The notes beneath the pieces were generated by a model. The model had not been told where the DNA came from. It did no database searches and saw only the letters and a list, made by a program, of their open reading frames with translations. A program made the position numbers and the translations under genes. A DNA stretch of 63,953 bases, counting the filler, from Nemertoderma westbladi (taxonomy: Eukaryota; Animalia; Xenacoelomorpha): NCBI GenBank assembly GCA_032718475.1. It is 4 parts of 4 records of this genome, joined end to end, with 100 filler letters (N's around TTAATTAATTAA, not from the genome) between each part and the next. Parts side by side here need not be neighbours in the genome. Positions count along the whole stretch, not along the records: positions 50,408 to 60,773 come from JAUCBJ010006573.1; positions 60,874 to 63,953 come from JAUCBJ010008512.1; 2 more parts are not named here. One strand, given 5' to 3'. Below, one piece after another: positions 59,298 through 63,953 of this stretch. The stretch's first letter is position 1. Each line of letters begins with the position of its first letter.

Positions 59298-60773
59298 CCC
59301 CACCCCCCCTTAAATAAATACATGTTCTGGAATGAGTATTTACGGCATTGGCAGCCATTCCCGTTTGACTACTAAGGGCCCTCCTAAATTATGTCCCTGG
59401 CCTTCTTAACATTGTATACAGTAGGCCTACTGTTACAATACATGTTAGCATTGGACGGAAGCCCCGCCCACACATGTGGCTTCCTTAATCCTCAACCGGC
59501 TACTCCAGTTGACAGACAACCAATAGAATTAACTCACTTTACTATGTTTCTGCCACTATGAGCTGACTGATTCACCCCATGTTAAATAAATATAATAATG
59601 TTCTGGAATGAATAATTATGACATGTGCTAGATATATAAATAACTGTAGATAATAGCATTGTTGTTCCAAGCCATAGTTGATTTAATAATAAAATGGTTT
59701 GTAAGTGGTTTATTCCGTTTATAATAAAATAATGTACTTTTATTATTATTATTTTTATATATTTATTATGTATGTTTTCATAAGGGGGAGGGGGGGGGGG
59801 GGGGGGGGGGTCTGTCTAAAGCCCCTTAGCCCCCCCCTCCCCTTAGATCCGACGCCCCCTTAGTAAATTTGGCCAGCAATCTCTTCAATGTAAATGAGTT
59901 CAACTAAAATTTACTGTTTTCGAATCTATCTGAGATTAATTATTACCCGAATTCCAGCAGTTAGTAGTAGGTATCCCCCCTAATTGCTAAATATCATTCA
60001 CCTGTAAATTATAGGATCAGCCTAACTAGCTGAGACAAATTCCCTTTGGGTTGACTGACAAGACTAATCCACTGTAAACTTTACATTACTTACATTACAT
60101 TACTTACATTGTCAGATATTGTGCGTGGTAGATATTTTAATTTCTTTCAAGAAATTAGCCGCTCCCAATGTAATTCGAGTATCCGCCTCTGTTTATACAG
60201 AATGGGATGTACAGAATGAAATAAGTTATAAATATATTGAATGTTTGTTAGAACCATTTGATGGCGCAATTATTTCAATTATTATATTGAATGTTTGTTA
60301 GATCCATTTGATGGCGCTATCACTTCAATTAATTTAAAACATTCTGTAATGAAGCCATTGATGCAGTACTTTCGATGCTTTACAGACACGTGGGTTCTAT
60401 TCCTGTATTCCTGTAAGTTCCGGTATTTACATTCATTCCCCCTGAGATATTTATGTATATTCCAGCTGCGATTGGGATAAGGCCAAGAAAGCGCAATGAT
60501 TTCAATTGAGCACAATCAACACACCGCCATCTACCGTTTGCGTTTATATGGGTTACGTAACGTTTCGGCAACAAACTGTCGCTGTAAAAGCTTCTGTGGG
60601 ATGTAACTGGCCCTTCGCCCCGCAACCCAGTTTTTCCCCCATACGCTAAAATACTCTGAAACCTACTGTAAAGGTTTTTCTGGGATATGACTGATTTGTT
60701 TTCTTTGCTAACCAGTTCCCCCCTCCAAGGCGTTGGAATCCTTTAGGAGGGATCTGAGCTGTTCGATTGGACA

Positions 60774-60873
60774 NNNNNNNNNNNNNNNNNNNNNNNNNNN
60801 NNNNNNNNNNNNNNNNNTTAATTAATTAANNNNNNNNNNNNNNNNNNNNNNNNNNNNNNNNNNNNNNNNNNNN
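60774..60873. other. Artificial contig linker
   Basis: N44-TTAATTAATTAA-N44. Confidence 0.97.
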
Positions 60874-61577
60874 ATATGGCCAAAACTCTGCAGCACGCTT
60901 ACTGACAAGCACAAAAAAACGTGAACATATAACACCTGTTCTCAAATATCTCCACTGGCTGCCAGAAAAGCCTAGGATTGAGTTCAAGATAGTTATTCTT
61001 GTGTTCAAGTGCACGAATGGCTGCGCTCTGAGTTATCTTAATAATTTGTTGAGCCAGTATATTCCTAGGCTTTCACTACGTTCTGGGGATGATAATCTAA
61101 CTCTCGTCGTGCCTCGTTATCTGCAAGAAAGTTACGGAAAGCGGGCATTTTCAGTTGCCGGGTCCCGTTTATGGAACGCTCTCCCTTATTCCATCCGCAG
61201 TGCACCACGCACTGTGGAACTTTTTAAGTCGTGGCTAAAAACTTAGTACTTTAAGTTAGAATGTGGTTAATAGAACGACACTTGCATAAACTTATTATTA
61301 TTAATTGATTAACTCCTAACTCTCTGTCCATACCAATAGTCGAATTGGAATTACTAAAGTTGTTGTCTTTTAATTATAGACTTATATACCTCTTTTTACT
61401 TAATATCCTTATATGTCATAGTTTTACGTTATGGACTACTGTGCATTACAGTTTTTAAATAGTTCCTTCCATAATTTTATATACAGTCTGTTTTTAATGG
61501 TGTACCTTTTAATGCCGAATTGTGTTGTCTGCGCTTGTTTTATTGACCTTAAAAGGCGCCTTATAAATATATTATTT
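60874..61577 (+). mobile_element. 3' end of an L2/CR1-group LINE
   Basis: QNSAARLL...EHITPVLKYLHWLP...RIEFK...LRS...RAFSVAGSRLWNALP...FKSWLKT. The 3' UTR ends AAAAGGCGCCTTATAAATATATTATT, resembling L2 termini. Confidence 0.88.
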
Positions 61578-61649
61578 TCAAAACATTCCAGAAATCTGTG
61601 ACATGCTAATTAAATAGAATAACAAAATAAGAAAGCTAGGGGGGGGTGT

Positions 61650-63953
61650 AAGTTAGTCTGTTTCATTGGGGTGTAGGTAAGTCTGTGAGGGGGGGTGGGG
61701 GTGGCGCCCAGCCACCTTGTCTGGGCGAGGTGGCTGGGCGCCAATGGGTCCGCCACCGTAGCGTCCCATGTACGCGAGGAACCGCCCGCAGCTCCACGGG
61801 ACCAGGGTGACGCCATCTACTCGCTTCCCATCCCCTCTAGCCAAGCCTAGTGGCTCAAGCGTATCAGGGACGCCAAAGCTGATGAGCGCCCGGCATATAA
61901 TGTCGTTCAACATTGAGTGGCGCGGAAGTCTGCTGAGGCTCCTTGAGCAGGAAAGACCATGGAGGCCAACCGACAGAACATCCTTAATACACCGGGCACA
62001 GCTGTGGGGCTCTGTCAGCCTACACCCTAGACAAGTGCTGACCAAGATCCGGAACTGAGAGTCCATCAGCTTCAGTCCCAGAGAGCTGACAGAGATGGCG
62101 TCAAGCCAGCATCCTGCGGTGGGGTGGTCCAGGGAGTTCAACCTTGCCACCCCGGATGGTGGGAGGGACTCCCGCAGGGCTTTTAGCCTAGCGTCACGGA
62201 CAGGGGCCAGGAAGGCCCACTGTTTGGTTGCCGCGAGTGGGAAACCAGTGGGGACAGGTGGTGTCGCTGATGGTGGCGGAAGCATCGCGGGTGGTGGTGG
62301 CATCGTAGATGGTGGCGGTGGCATCGCGGATGGAGGTGGTGGCATTGCGGATGGTGGCGGTGGAGTTGCAGACGGTGGTGGTGCATTGCGGACGGTGGCA
62401 GTGGCGTCACGGATGGAGGTGGTGGCGTTGCGGGTGGTGGTGGTTGTGGCGTCGTGGGTGGTGGTGGTGGCATTGCGGGTGGTGGCATCACGGACGGTGG
62501 CGGTGGCATCATGGACAGTGTGAGTGGCGTCATGGGTGGTGGTCCGAGGACCATCTACCACGCAGGGAGGGCATGGTTGTAGCAGGGGGAGGGGGCGTCC
62601 ACTGGAGACTCAAAGAGGGAGTAGGAAAGACCAGAGCAGGCAGCTGAGGAAGCGGGGAAGGCGGAAGGTGCGAGCTGCACTGCTGCGGTCAATCCAAGAC
62701 CCCCGCAACGCGCAGGAAAACAGGATTGAGCCCACGCGTAGTCGTCCAGATTGGTGTTGGAGATCTCCTGCAGGGTGCTCCGCTGGATGGAATCATACTC
62801 CTCCAGCAGCTCCGGGAAGTCAAAACACGGAGCCGTTCAGCGGAAGTACATAAGTCGCGGGATGGTCAGTGAGCACCGCAGGAGGAAGAAGGTGTGATGG
62901 GAGTCGAGGAGAGGGAGTCGGGAGACGAGAGTCCGGAGGTCAGCGAGTTTATTATCGAGGTAGGAGATGATGGCGTTGTCTCCTATTGGTGCGCCCAGGA
63001 TCTTCAGGTCTTCTAGTGGATGCACCTTAATTCCCTCGCAGACCTCGTCGAACCTGCTTTGGATGGATAAACAGGACTCTGGAGATTCCTCCCCAAGAAA
63101 GAAGAGTTCTGACTTGGAGGGATTGATCCGTAGTTCTCCGCAATGACCTCCCTCAAGGATGACGGACCGGAGGTCGTCCAACACCACCCGGTAGTGGTCA
63201 GTGAGATTCCCATCATCCAGGTACCAGATGTTAAACCTCGACTGCAGCGACTGGATGAACGAATTCACCGTGTCGCCAAAAAGCCGGGGTCCGTCTGTAT
63301 CGCCTTGCTGAAATCCTTCCTCAGAGAGGAGTGTTTTTGGAGAACGCTCCATACGCCGCCAGCGTGGCTTGTACATGCTGGGGTAACACTGGTTCACTGT
63401 CTCGAGCATGGAATCCCACTGGATGGAGTTAAAGGCATTGCTGAAGTCGAGTTTCAGCAACACACTACCGGGTGTGTTCGGGAAGGAGGAGAGTGCCCTC
63501 GCTGCATGGGCCGCCGAGTTTTGTGCCTATCCCTTGCTGCACAGTGCCGTAGGAGGAGGTGCGGGGTCACTGGGCGAGGAAGCAGAAGTACTTCCCCACC
63601 AATCGCCTCAGAGTGTTGCCAACAGTGATCGGCTGCACCCCACCCTCCGTCTTCGTGAAAGCGAAGAGATTCGCACCATAGAAGGTGGGGTGGATGGCGA
63701 GGGAACATTTCCGGAGATGGTGGTAACCTGGAATCCTGCAAGACGTTGTAGAAGACGGGCTGCAGCCTCTCCGTTGGTGGGGGAGATCAGATCTTTGAGT
63801 ATTTGCAACCCATCTGGTCCTCCGGCACTGCCGCTTGGGAATGACAAAATGAGTCTGCGGGCGATGGCAGAGGAGCAAGGCAAGGCCGTATCCTTGAGGT
63901 CCACTGGAGGAGTGGAGGTGGGTTGGCGGTCGTCGGGCCGTGCGGGGTGTTCA
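61650..63953 (-). mobile_element. Decayed CRE-like non-LTR retrotransposon (RT plus zinc finger and restriction-like endonuclease), running off the window end
   Basis: GSAGGPDGL, GGVQPITVGNTLRRL, LLKLDFSNAFNSI, GFQQGD, WYLDDG, HGLSC...RHSMLNDII.RAL and DGKRVDGVTLVPW..G...WDATV, spread over several frames. Confidence 0.88.

Overview
AT-rich, transposon-dense genomic DNA from an animal, probably a bilaterian invertebrate. It is not prokaryotic. Four contigs are joined by artificial 100-bp linkers (N44-TTAATTAATTAA-N44), so adjacency across the linkers is unproven. Three host-type genes are recognisable: an intronless PC-esterase/SGNH gene (PCED1/FAM113-like), CDC5L (two exons, one 4.66-kb intron, cut off by a gap) and an intronless FET-family RNA-binding protein (FUS/EWSR1/TAF15/cabeza-like). 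The rest is nested mobile DNA: RTE, L2, CRE-like and other LINE fragments; a Penelope-like element whose inverted pseudo-LTRs carry minimal hammerhead ribozymes; a decayed hAT transposase; non-autonomous hAT, MULE-like, P-like and foldback elements; Helitron-like elements; tRNA-derived SINEs; and several minisatellites. I found no multi-gene novel system. The best leads are an unidentified ~320-nt strongly structured segment (49739-50060), Helitron-like ends with co-varying asymmetric inverted repeats, and a foldback TIR carrying E2F/CHR-like motifs just upstream of CDC5L. All family assignments come from motif recognition by eye, not database searches.
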